A DNA stretch of 36,794 nucleotides from Intoshia linei (lineage: Eukaryota > Animalia > Orthonectida). Shown one piece after another: positions 23,801-35,749 of this stretch. The stretch spans positions 1 to 36,794 of the forward strand of contig LWCA01000247.1 in the NCBI GenBank assembly GCA_001642005.1, written 5' to 3'. A program made the translations under genes and the position numbers. The notes under the pieces were generated by a model that was given only the letters and a program-made list of their open reading frames with translations, was not told the origin of the DNA and did no database searches. The first letter of the stretch is position 1, and each line of letters opens with the position of its first letter.

Positions 23801-26800
23801 CAGCCATTTTTTAATAGCCCGGTGATCCCGGTCTAGACATCGAGAAATTTAAAGAGTAGTATTTCTTTTGCTAGTAAACCGACAATTTCATTTTTTTTGT
23901 TCACGCTTAAGTCGCTTTTTAATCCCATTTACGATTTTTCTAATAAATTATTACACTTTAAATTTGAAAAAAACGCAATATGTAAATATAAAGTTTTTTT
24001 GTAGCTTAACTACAATATATAATTGTCATTATAAATTACATCAATTTAAAGTCACTTCATCACAAAAAAAATATGAGTTTTGAACATTTTTAAAGTCTAA
24101 TACACAACTTTTAATGATTTTCATAACAAATTGGTACGGCAATAAGCATATTTGACTTGAATAAATAAAAAATACCGATTTGTTCACTGTTATACACTGA
24201 TATATTAAAATTAAATATAATTGAGTAACGCTGCAGCAAGTTGTCACATTTTTTAAAAATTTTAGAATTTAAAGGTCGAGTAGACTCTATTGATTAGAAT
24301 AAAATCTGTCAATTATATGTATATATGATATATTACAACAAAGTCGAACTTACCATGCTCGTACCCTATAAAATAATAAAAAAAATCTCTAAAAATATTA
24401 TGAACTTTGCGTAATGTCATTTAACCCTAAACAATTACATCTACCTAAAAATACATCTGCATGGGCTTAGTCTTTACAGTTCCAATTTTACAACTAAGAC
24501 AGTTATGATAACTTAACCATATTGAAAAAATTATTTTTATTAATGTTCAATTTTGTTAAAATGAGACCCCATTTTACAAAATTTAGTTAAGACCGCTGAG
24601 GAAGTATATCAATATAGTAAGTTTTGCTCTGCCTTTAATATGTCTGTTCAAATTTTTCAAATTGCCTGTTAGTCGTTTTTTTTATCACAATGTATACTGT
24701 TTCCGTGGAAACCACTCAATAATGTATTATCTGTAATAATCACTGATTATTAATCAGTAAACAAAATCTGCACCCGTGATAGGTTTAATTTTATATTTGC
24801 TACCTTATTCATTATCATTAAAATTTATCTATCCATAACATTAATTATAGTTAAATTATGGTGATGTCCAATTGAAATCATATACGGTTAAATGTGCCAT
24901 GTATACATTTAAAGAACTAAAAAAAAAAGCATTATGGACAATGAATAAAAAAAACAAAATATCGAATCAGGTAATACTAAATATACAATATAATATATTA
25001 GGTAGGGTAGACGGGTTACCCGTAAGAAAATGGGTCAGTACGTAAATGGAACGTCTTTTTAAAGATATTTTTATATGAAAAAATAGTGTAGGAATACATA
25101 ATACGTATATAATATAAAATGAAATTATCAGCATATAAGATTTTATGATATAGTTTATTATAATATATAATATACATGTTACATGTATATAATTAAAGAT
25201 ATAATTATACAAAAGATATAACATATAAGACAAAGACAAAGCATATAAGATTTTTTTGCAAATTTAACGTTTTTAAAATGAATATATTAATAGATAACAT
25301 ACTTAAAATGTATATTTTGCAAATTTTAGAATTTTTTAAATATGCTTCTTACATACTATCCAAATGAGTCAGAAGATAAAGAAAATAATTTATTTATATG
25401 TCCTGCACTACCAAAAGAATACAAAATATATCAAAGGTATAGTAATTAATTAAGAATTAATTACTAGTTAGTGATACATTTTAATTATATCATAAATTTA
25501 ATATATTAGTGATACATTTTAATTATATCATAAATTTAATGTATTAGTTATACATTTTAATATATGTCATATATTCCCTCAGTGTTTTGTAGATCGATGT
25601 AGGCTTAAGATTTATAAATTATTTTTATTTTATTTAATTTACAAGGTTTCAACTTCAATCGAATCACCTATAATATAAATAACTAGGTTGACTGTTATGT
25701 ACTACGGTTATCATATTATTTTTCACCGGGAATGCGTAGATTTCTGGGTTAAAATTTTGTATTTATATCAACTGGAATAAGCTCTATCAGAATAATCTTT
25801 TTTTTAAAGGTTAAACTTTTGTATTTATATCAACTGGAATAAGCTCTATCAGAATAATTTTTTTTTTTAAATTTCTGACCCTTAATTATTTGACATTTTT
25901 TGTTTTACATATTTCATATATAGTTAATAAAATATTTCGGAAAAAAAATATATGAATACTAAAATGCTCTTTTGACCATGAAGGCGTCACTTATTCAGAT
26001 TAAAAATTTTTGTGTGTGTTAACAGGATACAATTGTACCACCTGTATTTTTTAAATTCTAGGGCTGTTTACCTTAAAAAAAAGGGTAATTTGTGGTTTTG
26101 GCCATGAAGATATATTTTTTTTAAATTTAAATTTATGATTTTAAAATTCGTATCAGAGTGTATATTTTTTTAAATTCTCAAAGTTATTTATTTAAAAAAA
26201 AAGGATAATTTGGCTTTTTGACACGTAAGATGTGAGTTTGGGAGGTTGAAATTTATTTTGCTAATTTATTAATAATATTATTATTATATTGTCTCGTAAG
26301 GGTTAATAACATTTAAATTTATTAGAATCCAATATTAATCCGAATTTTAAAAATATATTAATTAAGTATCAAATTAATGTTAAACATTCTAATTTAATTT
26401 TAAAATTTTTCTTAAATCTGCGGGCCCCTCAGACTCTGAAGACCTTCATGTGGGCCAAGTTCCCTCCTCTCCACATTTGGAAACTTCTGTCCTAGTGCAC
26501 TCTTATAAAAATTTTCAATTTTTTCCACACTAATACATGTACATTTTTTATTTACATAAAACCATTATAATTGTTATTTAAAGGTGGGGTGCTATTATCA
26601 ATACATATAATTCTCATTCAAAAGATGATTACATCTATGAAAAATATAATAGAGTCAATTTTGCAGATTACACGGTAATGTATTATATACTAACTTGACT
26701 GTTTGTACTTCGTACAAATAGAAGCTACCCTGTAGCTCTGCATAGGGTCTAATTTTTAAATGTGAAACCGATTTTTTAATTAATCATAAACAATTAGTGT

Positions 26801-29800
26801 GTAACCTTAAAAGCAATTTAATTATAGTTAATTTTATCATGCATTTCGTGTGAAGCAATGTTACCGACATTGAAATAAGTAACAAAATGATACTAACAAA
26901 GTTATACTTAAGTGAAACAATTTAATATGGTATTATGATTGTGAAAATGTACCTTTTTGATGTTAAGATTTATGATAATGCTTATGATTTAAAAAAATAT
27001 GTCAGAATTTATGTTTTATACATTTCTAGACCTTTTATCATTTTAAGAAAAAACGGTAATTTGTGGTTTTTATCATGAAAATTCAATTGCTCAGGCTTAT
27101 ATTGTTGAAGATCTTAATGATTTTAAAACGCGTAGCAGAATTTATGTTATATAAATTTTACGGCTGATTTTATTTTTAAAAAACGCTAAGTTGGTGTTTT
27201 GACCCTGTTGGACTCAATTTATAAAAATAAAACTTGCATTAAAACATTACTCTCGAAATTAATCAAAAATTAATTTTAATTTTTAAATAAACAATAACAG
27301 ACACACACAGTCAATTTTATACATGTAAACAATATTCACATTCCAACGTGTTTATTCAATGCATACAGTTACATATTATTTAGTCAATTGAAGGGATTTT
27401 CATGGTTGGTTCGATTAATAATTATGGAAATGAAGAAGGTTAATTCATTGTATAAGTAATTCATAATATTTAGTGGGAAACAAAGTATTCTATAAAAATG
27501 TAAAAACCTTAAAAATATTGAAAGTTGGTAATAACAATATCCATGATGCGGTAAATGTTGTGATACCTCAAATTAAAAAAATGTCTGGTCAAACTAATAT
27601 AGCACTATCGTGTCAACTAAACACTGTAATTTTTTATATTTTAGATGCATTTATTATATTGTCAATAATATTTAGTTTTTGGATTCTTGCAAAATTTTCT
27701 TAAAAGAAATTGGTTTATTAAGAAAATTATATGATGATAACGGTATTGAAGTTACAAACTTGAATCACATTAATGATGAAGATATGGATAGAATATTTTA
27801 CGTATCACCATATGTATTATTTTTTTATATTATATTTTTTATACATATTATAAAATATATATAATACTTATCATTATTACTATAATATATATTTGGTACT
27901 ATCATGTTCATATTGACCAGGATTGACTGAATATATATAATTATTATATATACATAATACATATTAACATATATATTATAATTGCATTCTTAGAATAGTT
28001 GGATTAAACTAAATAAAAACGACATTTTTGAGCCAACAATGAAATGGCATAAATCAAACAAAGATATTAGTTATTCTATTGAAGTTATTAAAAACTATTA
28101 CATTATGTCACATATTAAAAATACCGGTATATCATAAATTATCACTAATACTAATAATAATAATAATTTATTAAATGCAAGAAGCTTATAGATTCACACA
28201 ATAACACATAAGCAGTTATTATGTCATTGTAGTTTATAATTATACATTAGTTTGTTGAATAATTTTTTGAAAATTGGTGCGTAGGATGCGGTGAAAATTG
28301 AAGTGGCCAGCCTATTCCAGTAATTTACAATCCTATTGAAGAATTGATTTCTATTGATGCCTGTATTGCATCTGTTTTTGAAAATTTTCCTAGTGTTGGA
28401 TCTTGTTTTTGTTTGGAAAGTTTTAATTTTGTTACAGTTGATAAAATTTGTAAGTCAGGCGGAGATCCAGCATATCCCTACGGCTTTTAAGGCTTGGTAG
28501 AGGTAAATGTAAAGGTGATAGACGACGTAGGAAGAACCATTCAGCTGATTCCAGTTTGTTTATATTGATTATTGATGTAGGATTCCATAATTGGGTAGCA
28601 TATTCCAGCTTAGGCAACACTTAATACTAAAAGATATCACACTCAGATACAAGCTATTGTGTGTCTTCAATGAAGACTCTTCATTCGAATTAGTTTTCAT
28701 AGATAGATCTGAACGCACAATAGACACTATAATTTTGCACAACTTTATTTATGCAAGTACACAATATTTCATATCTGAGTGCACTGAACTGTATAAAAAG
28801 TTTTAAGTAGTTTTACGCTGTCAGGAGATGAGTCTCAGAACTTTTTAGTAAAATACCGTGTTAGACACTCAAATATGATCTATTGTTAAACTAATTACAA
28901 ACTAGTTTCCATGGATAGTACAGCATAGTAGTATAGTATAGTATCCTCGTGTATTGTATTATTCTTCAAGGGAGAGTGGAAGAAATGAAATTTTGTAAAA
29001 CGGGGCTTCATTTTTTTAAATTGAACATTAAAAAATTATATTCTTAAATATCATAACTATTTTGTGTGGTAAATTTAAAATGTCAAGTCAAAAACCTTAG
29101 AGAAATGGCTAGAGTCATATTTTATTTTTTCGGTTGTATGACATTATACATCATTTGAGAAATTTTTTTAGGGTCTATTTTTCAATTTAGGTAGCCGTGA
29201 GCTGGGTAGGTTTGACTATTATTTTTATAGTTTTTATTTTAATGTACAACGCTGTAATATATAAATTTTAGAAAATTACATTTTACTTCACAAAATAAAA
29301 GAAATTGACAAACCAGAATGTGTAATTGTTAAAGAATATCACAATCCCATTACAATTGAAACAGAAAATGAGCCTGAAATCGCAGAACCAAATATTACCT
29401 CACATGAAAAGGCCCATATTAATGCTAATGAAAAATTAAAAAACAAAATATATCCATGGGAAATTATCACAAATCCAGAAACCGATGATAATATTTCCAT
29501 AATTGAAAAACCAATAGAGTAATAATATTTAATTCATGAAAAAAATTAAATATTTATGGCACTATAATAAATAAGTTGTGAAATACTACGTAAATATTTA
29601 CTATACCTTTTTAATTTTAAAATGATAATAATAAACTTTAAAATGATAATAATAAATTTCAAAATGATTAATTTTTAAAATAAATTTAAATTACGTAATA
29701 TCGTTAAAATAAATATTGCACATGTACCATAAAGTTAATGCGAAAAGAGATGACAGAAATAGAAAAAGACAGCAAATCATGGATGTTCACAGTGCAGATG

Positions 29801-32800
29801 GTGATTTGCGTTCGTTATTATCTGGTATGAACATACCTTTGTCTACGGTTTTTAGGTATTAATTTTTTAAATGTCAATTTATTTAACGGTCTATTCATTG
29901 GCGGATCAACGAAGGTTTTAAACCCATATGAAGTGGAGATAAAAGATTTGAAAAATTGAATGATGAACATGACAAATTTATGGTGAAGTGTATTGAAGAA
30001 AATTGTAAAGTATCTCTCCAAGAAATTGTAGATGCCATTCATTTTAAATTTAATTTATCTATATCAAAAGTTGCAGTTTCCCACCATCTGAACAATCTTT
30101 TATACACTCTAAAAACGATACGACATGAACCTGAAAATGCAAACAATGGCGTAAATAAAGAGAGCAGAAATTTTACTTTAAGGTTACTTGAATTACAATC
30201 TGAAAATGCAAATATGGTGTTTATGGATGAAACTAATTTTAATTTACACATTTCAACAAGGAAAGGTAGATCACAGCGCGGTGAGCGTTGTACCTCAATT
30301 GCGGCTGGGTCAAGGGGTGCCAATATACATTGTATTGGTAATGTAGAACTTGTCCATGACGAAATTAAAAGAGGAAGTTTCAGAAAGGAAAGTGCACAAG
30401 AATGGATGAAAAATTGCTTAAGAAAAGAAAAGCAAAAATACAATAGACCTGTTGTCGTCGTTATTGATAACGCTTTAGTGCACAGCGATATAAAGAGTAT
30501 ATTACTAATACCAGAATTTTCTGAACATTCATTTTTAAGGATTGGATCATACAGCCCTATGCTCAACCCAATCGAAACTGTGTGGTCAAGCGTTAATGCC
30601 AAGATAAAGAGATCACTTGTCGTTTGCCTTGTGGAGGTATTACATAGACAAAAAAATGTATCTATGACTGAATCAAGAGCACGTACACTAGAACAGTTAA
30701 TGATAGAATCTATAAATTCAATTAGTATATCTACGTGTGCTAATTGTATTGCTAGTATAAGCAGATACATTGCACCAGCATTAAAATTGGAAGACATAAC
30801 ATTAATTAATAAATTTTTAATTTTTTTTATTTATAATTTTGAAATTAGAAAGGTATAGTAACTGAATACTAGTTACTAACACTATTAATAATAATAATAA
30901 TTAATAATTATTAGTAATAATCGTTTAAATTTGAATGGTTTTTTATCCCGTTAGCGGAACTAGATGTATATATATTGTATAAATAGAAACCACGGTATTG
31001 GTTGGTATTTGCAAAAATATATTGTATCATTAGTGTCATAAGCCCATTAGGGTGTCACACCCATCAAAGAATTAAGGGCGATTAGTGCGGAAATGGTGTA
31101 TTATTATCATATATAAAATAATCTAGAATGGGGTGTTGCAAAGATTCCGATTCGAGTTGCACTCATAATTTTAAATATGCTTTTGAAAATAGTATAGAAA
31201 AATTTAAATTTAACTTTATTTTTTTGCAAAAACAACATTGTTGTAAGTTGTCATAATTTATATTTTATGGTCTCAACACCCACGCTTAACTATACATTCC
31301 AATTTTTAAAATTTGGTTGTAGCTCGATTTTTATGATTTTTATCGACGTTCAAATTTCGGATAGATTGAAAATTTTATAAACATTATTAGAACTATGACA
31401 ACTTACCAAAATGTTGTTTTTTAAAAAAAATAAAGTTAAATTCAATTTTTTTTATATGATTTTCCAAAGGATATTTAAAATGATGAGCGCAACTCGGATA
31501 AGTATCATTAGATATTTTTAATTGCAACATAGTGCTTATATTTTAAAAATACACACATTGATTACTAACGGCCCATTAAATTCTAAAAATTTAAAAAAAA
31601 TGTGACACCCTAAAGTCCATACATGAAATAACCTCCAAATTTTAGTAATCGAACCAGGCACACTTATCAACAAGTGACATTAAACAAGAATTACTTGCAA
31701 CTAATCAAAGAAAATGACGCAAATGCGTCAACTTCTATTATATATGCATGTATATCTTTGGATAAATCTCACGGCTATGTAGAAGTTGGTGGATTGCATA
31801 GAAATAAAGCATTGGATAAAGTGGTAAATCCAAATAATGAATATATCAAAAGCTGGATCTACACTAGTGGAGGGTAATTGCTCAAGAATAGATTAATTTG
31901 ATAATTATAATTCTTTTTAATCACCAAACAGTTGTAATTGTAACAATGACACAAAACATATATAATATCATGAATTTTATGATGCAATTGTAATTGTTAT
32001 TTATGTTTTCATAAACATTTTTATAAACCAATAAAATTAAAGTGATTATATTTTAAACGTTTATGAAATGTCTTTGAGACTATCAAATTTAAATGAAGAA
32101 TTGAACAAATTTGTATATAATTGGCTGCTTGTTATATAATTTCAATGTAAGTATTAAGTGTATTGTCTCATAATACGTATTTACAATCACTTTAATTTGA
32201 TTAATTAAATTTAACATTCAGTTTAGATATATCCACCCCAAGAAACTACCTGGTATAGTTTTAGCTTTAAAATACCCTGAATCTAAATATACTCTACAAA
32301 ACGTTTCATTCGAAATTTGTTTGGAAAACAAAATTGAATCTAAATATGGTGGCGCTAACCAGAAATGGAAAATTTTTAATTCAAAAAATTTTACTGAGCC
32401 AACCATCAGTGCGTTCAATACAAATAAAATGGATATTCAAATTACGACAGCAAACAAATATGATATTTGTACATTTAACATTTATCCAAATCTTGAAATT
32501 AATCAGATGGTAATTATTAATTAAATCAAATTAATTTTCCAAATAGGGATATTGCATTTATACAATGAAATATGAGAATAAATATAAAGTTTGTTTGGCA
32601 TGTTCAAAGAAAGTGAGCAATACGTATAAAGTTTCCATTCTAAATGCAAATGAATCGTTTATATGTGATTACGGAAAAAGTAATATTTAGATATATCAAA
32701 ATTTACTTTTAAAAGTTTTAGTCACTAATTAATAATCAAATAAATCTTTTTTTAGACTCTGATTTACACTTGAAACTAAAAAAAAGAGGAAAAAAGATCC

Positions 32801-35749
32801 TAGACAGTCCAATAAACTTGACAGATTATGAAATTGAAGAAACTATGAAAATATGGATAAAATTTGAAAAATCTCTAAAACTAAAATCATCTCCGTTAAA
32901 AATGATTAAACTTTTAAAAAATTTACAAAATAAAGAAAGAAATAAAATGAAGATAAATTTAAAATTATTTGCAATCTTGGATTTAAATTTTTCAACAATG
33001 CATCTATTGGAAAACATTTATTCGTTAAATGGACTATTAAAATATGCCAAAGAAAAATTTAACGTAGATATTGAAAGTGTATACTCATTTGCGGGTAATA
33101 AATTTGAAAATTTCAATCAGATTACAGTGGATGAAACGAAAAACTATCATTTTGAAAGCATCTTGGACTTGAAAATTCAAGATAAAAATTATTGGTCTGA
33201 AACAATAATAACATTTGAAAACATTAAAAAAAATACAATTGAGGAATGTATTCACAATACATTTTCAACCAAAGATTTAATTGTTCCATTGTTTAAATAT
33301 AATTTTCCGTCGTGTTTGAAAATTATTAGGATTGGACTGATATCTATGACATGTGGGAATATACAGTTTGTAAAATTGTTAAAAATTAAGGATAGTTTTA
33401 AAATTATTCAAATTCTTCCTCCGTATTACATTAATGATACCGGATATCAAAACGTCAAAATTTCAGATATTTTAAAGACAAATGAAATTTTTCATATTGC
33501 AAAAGATGAATATTTTGCTTTCTATTGTGATGAAACGTGTCTCATTGGTACAATCATCAATGATAATATTAATTCAAATAGTTCTGATGTATTTGAAGAT
33601 GCAGATAATTCTCTGATTAGTCAGATGGATGAGTCAAAGTTCAAATTGAATGGCATGTGTGATATGACTAGTAATTCGAAAAAATTGATTTACGCTGTTG
33701 ATTTACACTTTTATCCCATTTCAGGTTTATTATTTCATTTTATTTTTCATTTTATTTAGACGCTATTGAAAAAGAAATTAAACAGTTTAAAAATGAAATT
33801 TTTCATAATACTTTCCCACATTTTATTGTCGTATCGTCTACATCTCACTGCATTATTAATAAAAGTACAATTTTAGTTGTCCATTGGTTTCTGCACAGTA
33901 TGAATATTTAATAAAAAAATGTTGAATAATCAGCAAATTCATATTTAAATTAATTGTAAAATTCATTTTATTTTTATGATGTTGTCGATTCATAATGGAC
34001 AAAAATCACTGTATATCGGTTTATAATATTCTATTTTTAGAAATTCCAAGAAAATGCCTCGATGCAGCCATTAATATTTTGAAATTGAATAGTGTTGGCG
34101 GGTGTGGTAAATATTAATAGATATAAAATATATCTTTACATCTATATATATATAATATATAATGATATCCTTAGTTATATAAAGTAAAATTGATAAAAGT
34201 GTATGTCTGTCTGTAATTATTTACAGTGTTCTGCACTTGGATATGAACTATTGCAGTTGAATGCACATGCACTATAGTTCATATCTGAGTGCAACATACT
34301 ACATTTAGAAAAGTAAGATGCTTTATAATTTTAAAAAATGCAAATCGTGGAAAAGTTTTGTCATCAAATACATATTATTTTTAAAAACGAAAGAAAATAA
34401 TATATAGTACACATTTTTATACATTTTAATAAAATTTTTTTCGGCTTTCGATTTATTGTAATTCATATAGTGTCCACTTCCATATTGTCCATGTTTCATG
34501 TCACATTGTACATGTGTCCATATTGAGGTTTTGACCATGAAGATATAAGTTTTTGGTATTGAAATTTATAATAATTTTCATGATTTTAAACACAGACAGA
34601 CAGACAAACAAAGAGTTTTATATAAGTTTGTATATAAATATAGACTAGGTTAGGATAATATATTACATGTCATATGTCATTAATAATTATAATATATTAG
34701 ATTCAGAAAAATCATCAATATCGTATGTTCTAAATAAACCGGAAAATGTAAATTTACAAATTACAGATGCTACTCAACTAGTGTTCCATTAATGTAGATT
34801 GGCGTGACAAAACTGTAATGTAAACACGATAGGTTGAGTTTCACTGAATTAAAATGCCTTTAAATTATTTTTTATAATTCAACTTTTCTAGAAAAAATTC
34901 ATTTTAACTTCACCACAAAGAAGCGCAGCAAATTCCAATTTGTATACAATGAGTAACGCGGTAATTATTTTTTTATCACTATTACACTTTGTTTATGTCA
35001 TTACTATCTTTCGATCTTGAAATCATTTATATTGTTCAATATTTAGAAACCGGTCATGTTGTTCAAAAACGGATACAAAACATCTACGGCAATTTCTGTT
35101 TGCGTATCTTCTATTCAGGATATATTAGAAAAAGCTACAAATCGATTAAAATTATCTAAACGCGCAACCAACTTGTTTAGACTAAACGGCGATGCAGTAA
35201 CACTTTAAAATATTACATTTTAACTAAATTGATCAGATATTAGTCTTATATTTGGTTTTAATTACATATTTATCGGTCATGTGACTATCATTAATACAAT
35301 GCACATTATATCAATTGTAGAAGTAACGATTTAAATTTTATAATGATTTTAACGGTCTAATTTTTTTATGTCTGATACTCACGAATCATGAATTACATCA
35401 ATTAATTTAGATTAAAAATATCAAAGATATTCAAAGAAATGAGTACATTTCCGTATCAACCAATTCAAAATTTTTACTATATGAAAATTTACAGAAAAAC
35501 ATTCAACTCAAAGCAAATTGGGCGCGAAAATATAGAAAATATGGCTCTGATATTTTCCAACCACCTGTATCTTCAGTCGAATATGCTAATAATGCCTCAA
35601 ATGATCTTAAATATCAAGAAAATTATAAATATGAATACAATAAAAATTCAAATAGTTATTTTTTCTACTCTACTTTACATCCTACAAGTGTATACTTAAG
35701 TCGAATTATTTACAGTATCTTCATTATGCAATTCAATGTTTGTTTCTAA
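14843..35749 (+). CDS. DCDC1: Doublecortin domain-containing protein 1-like (multiple DCX repeats plus ricin-B/beta-trefoil segments), ~32 exons, ~1,680 aa; start codon not resolved
   Basis: Phase-consistent GT-AG exons: 14843-14958, 16100-16290, 16334-16418, 16460-16553, 17035-17195, 17646-17702, 17748-17837, 18439-18528, 19426-19527, 19649-19814, 19868-19997, 20534-20660, 21746-21850, 22300-22365, 24851-24970, 25330-25436, 26584-26674, 27384-27438, 27474-27625, 27676-27813, 27994-28126, 29272-29518, 31646-31873, 32227-32509, 32547-32679, 32756-33724, 33760-33897, 34041-34106, 34701-34747, 34892-34960, 35047-35196, 35411-35749. DCDC1-type motifs: IAYRNG..LLDECTRIL..AVRRLFFEDG..VYASTGEKF; GPVWISSGEYFSPKG; YQRWG; SHEKAH..YPWE; GGANQKW..DIQITTANKYDICT; VCLAC; LFKNG..ILEKATNRLKL; IQLKANWARKYRKYG. 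Exons between 33760 and 34960 and the exact stop are less certain. Confidence 0.9.
19145..19364. mobile_element. hAT-type MITE (220 bp), GCCGAACCTACC family
   Basis: TIR TAGTGCCGAACCTACC / GGTAGGTTCAGCTCTG. TSD GTTGCATG (19137-19144) / GTTGCAGG (19365-19372). Related ends or internals at ~14707-14740, 15414, 24343, 29075-29217 and 35985-36390. Confidence 0.8.
20880..21038. mobile_element. Foldback MITE with ~45-bp TIRs, Kolobok-like (TTAA flank)
   Basis: AAAGTGACCAGAAAAATACGTACTATCATTATAGTTTATTTGG (20882-20924) is the imperfect inverted copy of CCAAATAAACTAAAATTGATAATACGTATTTTTTCTGGCCACTTT (20992-21036). Right flank TTAA, left ATAA. Confidence 0.65.
21224..21661. mobile_element. TAGGGTGTCAC-family hAT MITE (438 bp)
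   Basis: TIR TAGAGTGTCACA / TGTGACACCCTA. TSD ATGTATAT / ATGTGTAT. Opposite orientation to the copy at 31048-31612. Confidence 0.85.
22815..23928 (-). pseudogene. Tc1-family DD37E (TRT-like) transposase pseudogene with two GT-AG introns, antisense in a DCDC1 intron
   Basis: ATG 23928 (MGLKSDLS), LDRDHRAIKK, VIFTDECRATLDGPDG, GGGVMFWAGII, GPYKVPKGVKINS, FMQDNAPFH, WPPNSPDLNAIEN, LWDAI...SVDGRLIKV; stop TAG at 22817-22815. The D-to-E spacing is 37 after restoring one deleted A. Several frameshifts and stops. Introns 23326-23255 and 23031-22984. Confidence 0.88.
25469..25560. repeat. Short tandem duplication (~39-bp unit, ~2.4 copies)
   Basis: TAGTGATACATTTTAATTATATCATAAATTTAAT is repeated twice, plus a partial third copy. 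Confidence 0.8.
25683..26260 (-). mobile_element. Internally deleted Helitron copy with internal duplication
   Basis: CTAGGTTGACTGTTATGTACTACG at 25683 is joined directly to sequence collinear with ~5755-6238. TTTTGTATTTATATCAACTGGAATAAGCTCTATCAGAATAAT occurs twice (~25754 and ~25817). Confidence 0.8.
26690..27325 (-). mobile_element. Diverged non-autonomous Helitron
   Basis: CTAACTTGACTGTTTGTACTTCGTACAAATAG hairpin end at 26690, internal GGTAATTTGTGGTTTT repeats, and a CAGACACACACA microsatellite at ~27298-27310. Confidence 0.65.
28146..28620 (-). mobile_element. 5'-truncated CR1/L2-clade LINE 3' end
   Basis: LPKLEYATQLWNP...KLE...LPSLKSRRDMLDLRLTYK, then after a frameshift RNQFFNRIVNYWNRL...FKK, the typical post-RT C-terminus. 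The minus strand ends AATAAA followed by a (TTA)n tail at ~28172-28150. Confidence 0.85.
28639..28793. mobile_element. Tc1/mariner-type MITE remnant (GTGCACTCAGATATGAA family)
   Basis: CACTCAGATACAAGCTATTGTG and CACAATATTTCATATCTGAGTGCACTGAACTGTA form an imperfect inverted pair. The same motif forms a hairpin at 34232-34293. Confidence 0.55.
29738..30858 (+). mobile_element. IS630-Tc1-mariner DD35E transposase (Gambol/IS630-like), N-terminus disrupted, in a DCDC1 intron
   Basis: 300-codon open frame 29956-30858 with VFMDETNFNL, VIDNALVH and YSPMLNPIETVWS. D-to-E spacing is 35. Upstream HTH-like MNIPLSTVFR (~29827-29855) is separated by a frameshift and a TGA at 29929. Direct repeats AAAATGATAATAATAAA at ~29619-29670. 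Confidence 0.9.
31048..31612. mobile_element. TAGGGTGTCAC-family hAT MITE (565 bp)
   Basis: Perfect 12-bp TIR TAGGGTGTCACA / TGTGACACCCTA. TSD AAGCCCAT (31040-31047) / AAGTCCAT (31613-31620). Long internal inverted repeat (~31150-31255 vs ~31393-31500). Confidence 0.9.
34168..34655. mobile_element. Helitron 5'-end fragments in both orientations plus a nested hairpin MITE remnant
   Basis: A^TCCTTAGTTATATAAAG...GTCTGTCTGT at 34167-34214 (plus). CAGACAGACAGACAAACA...GTTAGGAT at ~34593-34656 (minus 5' end). 20-bp inverted repeat at 34232-34251 / 34274-34293. Confidence 0.55.

Noticed and set aside
23568-23825. Plus-strand 85-aa ORF (similarly 1050-1250, 4456-4686, 9700-9957, 11038-11253, 32218-32418, 32826-33017)
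   Set aside because: Each is the opposite-strand shadow of a real exon or TE coding remnant.
22463-24237. 11-bp inverted repeat GCTGCAGCGTT / AACGCTGCAGC as TIRs of the TRT element
   Set aside because: Too short, partly self-palindromic and lacking TA flanks. Boundaries cannot be assigned.
10222-26307. piggyBac-like ends TTAACCTTTACGAGAC (10222) and GTCTCGTAAGGGTTAA (~26291-26306) as one giant element
   Set aside because: They are 16 kb apart and would enclose parts of two different host genes. They are more plausibly solo ends of separate decayed copies.
30039-30797. 252-aa minus-strand ORF
   Set aside because: Antisense shadow of the DD35E transposase; no independent motifs.
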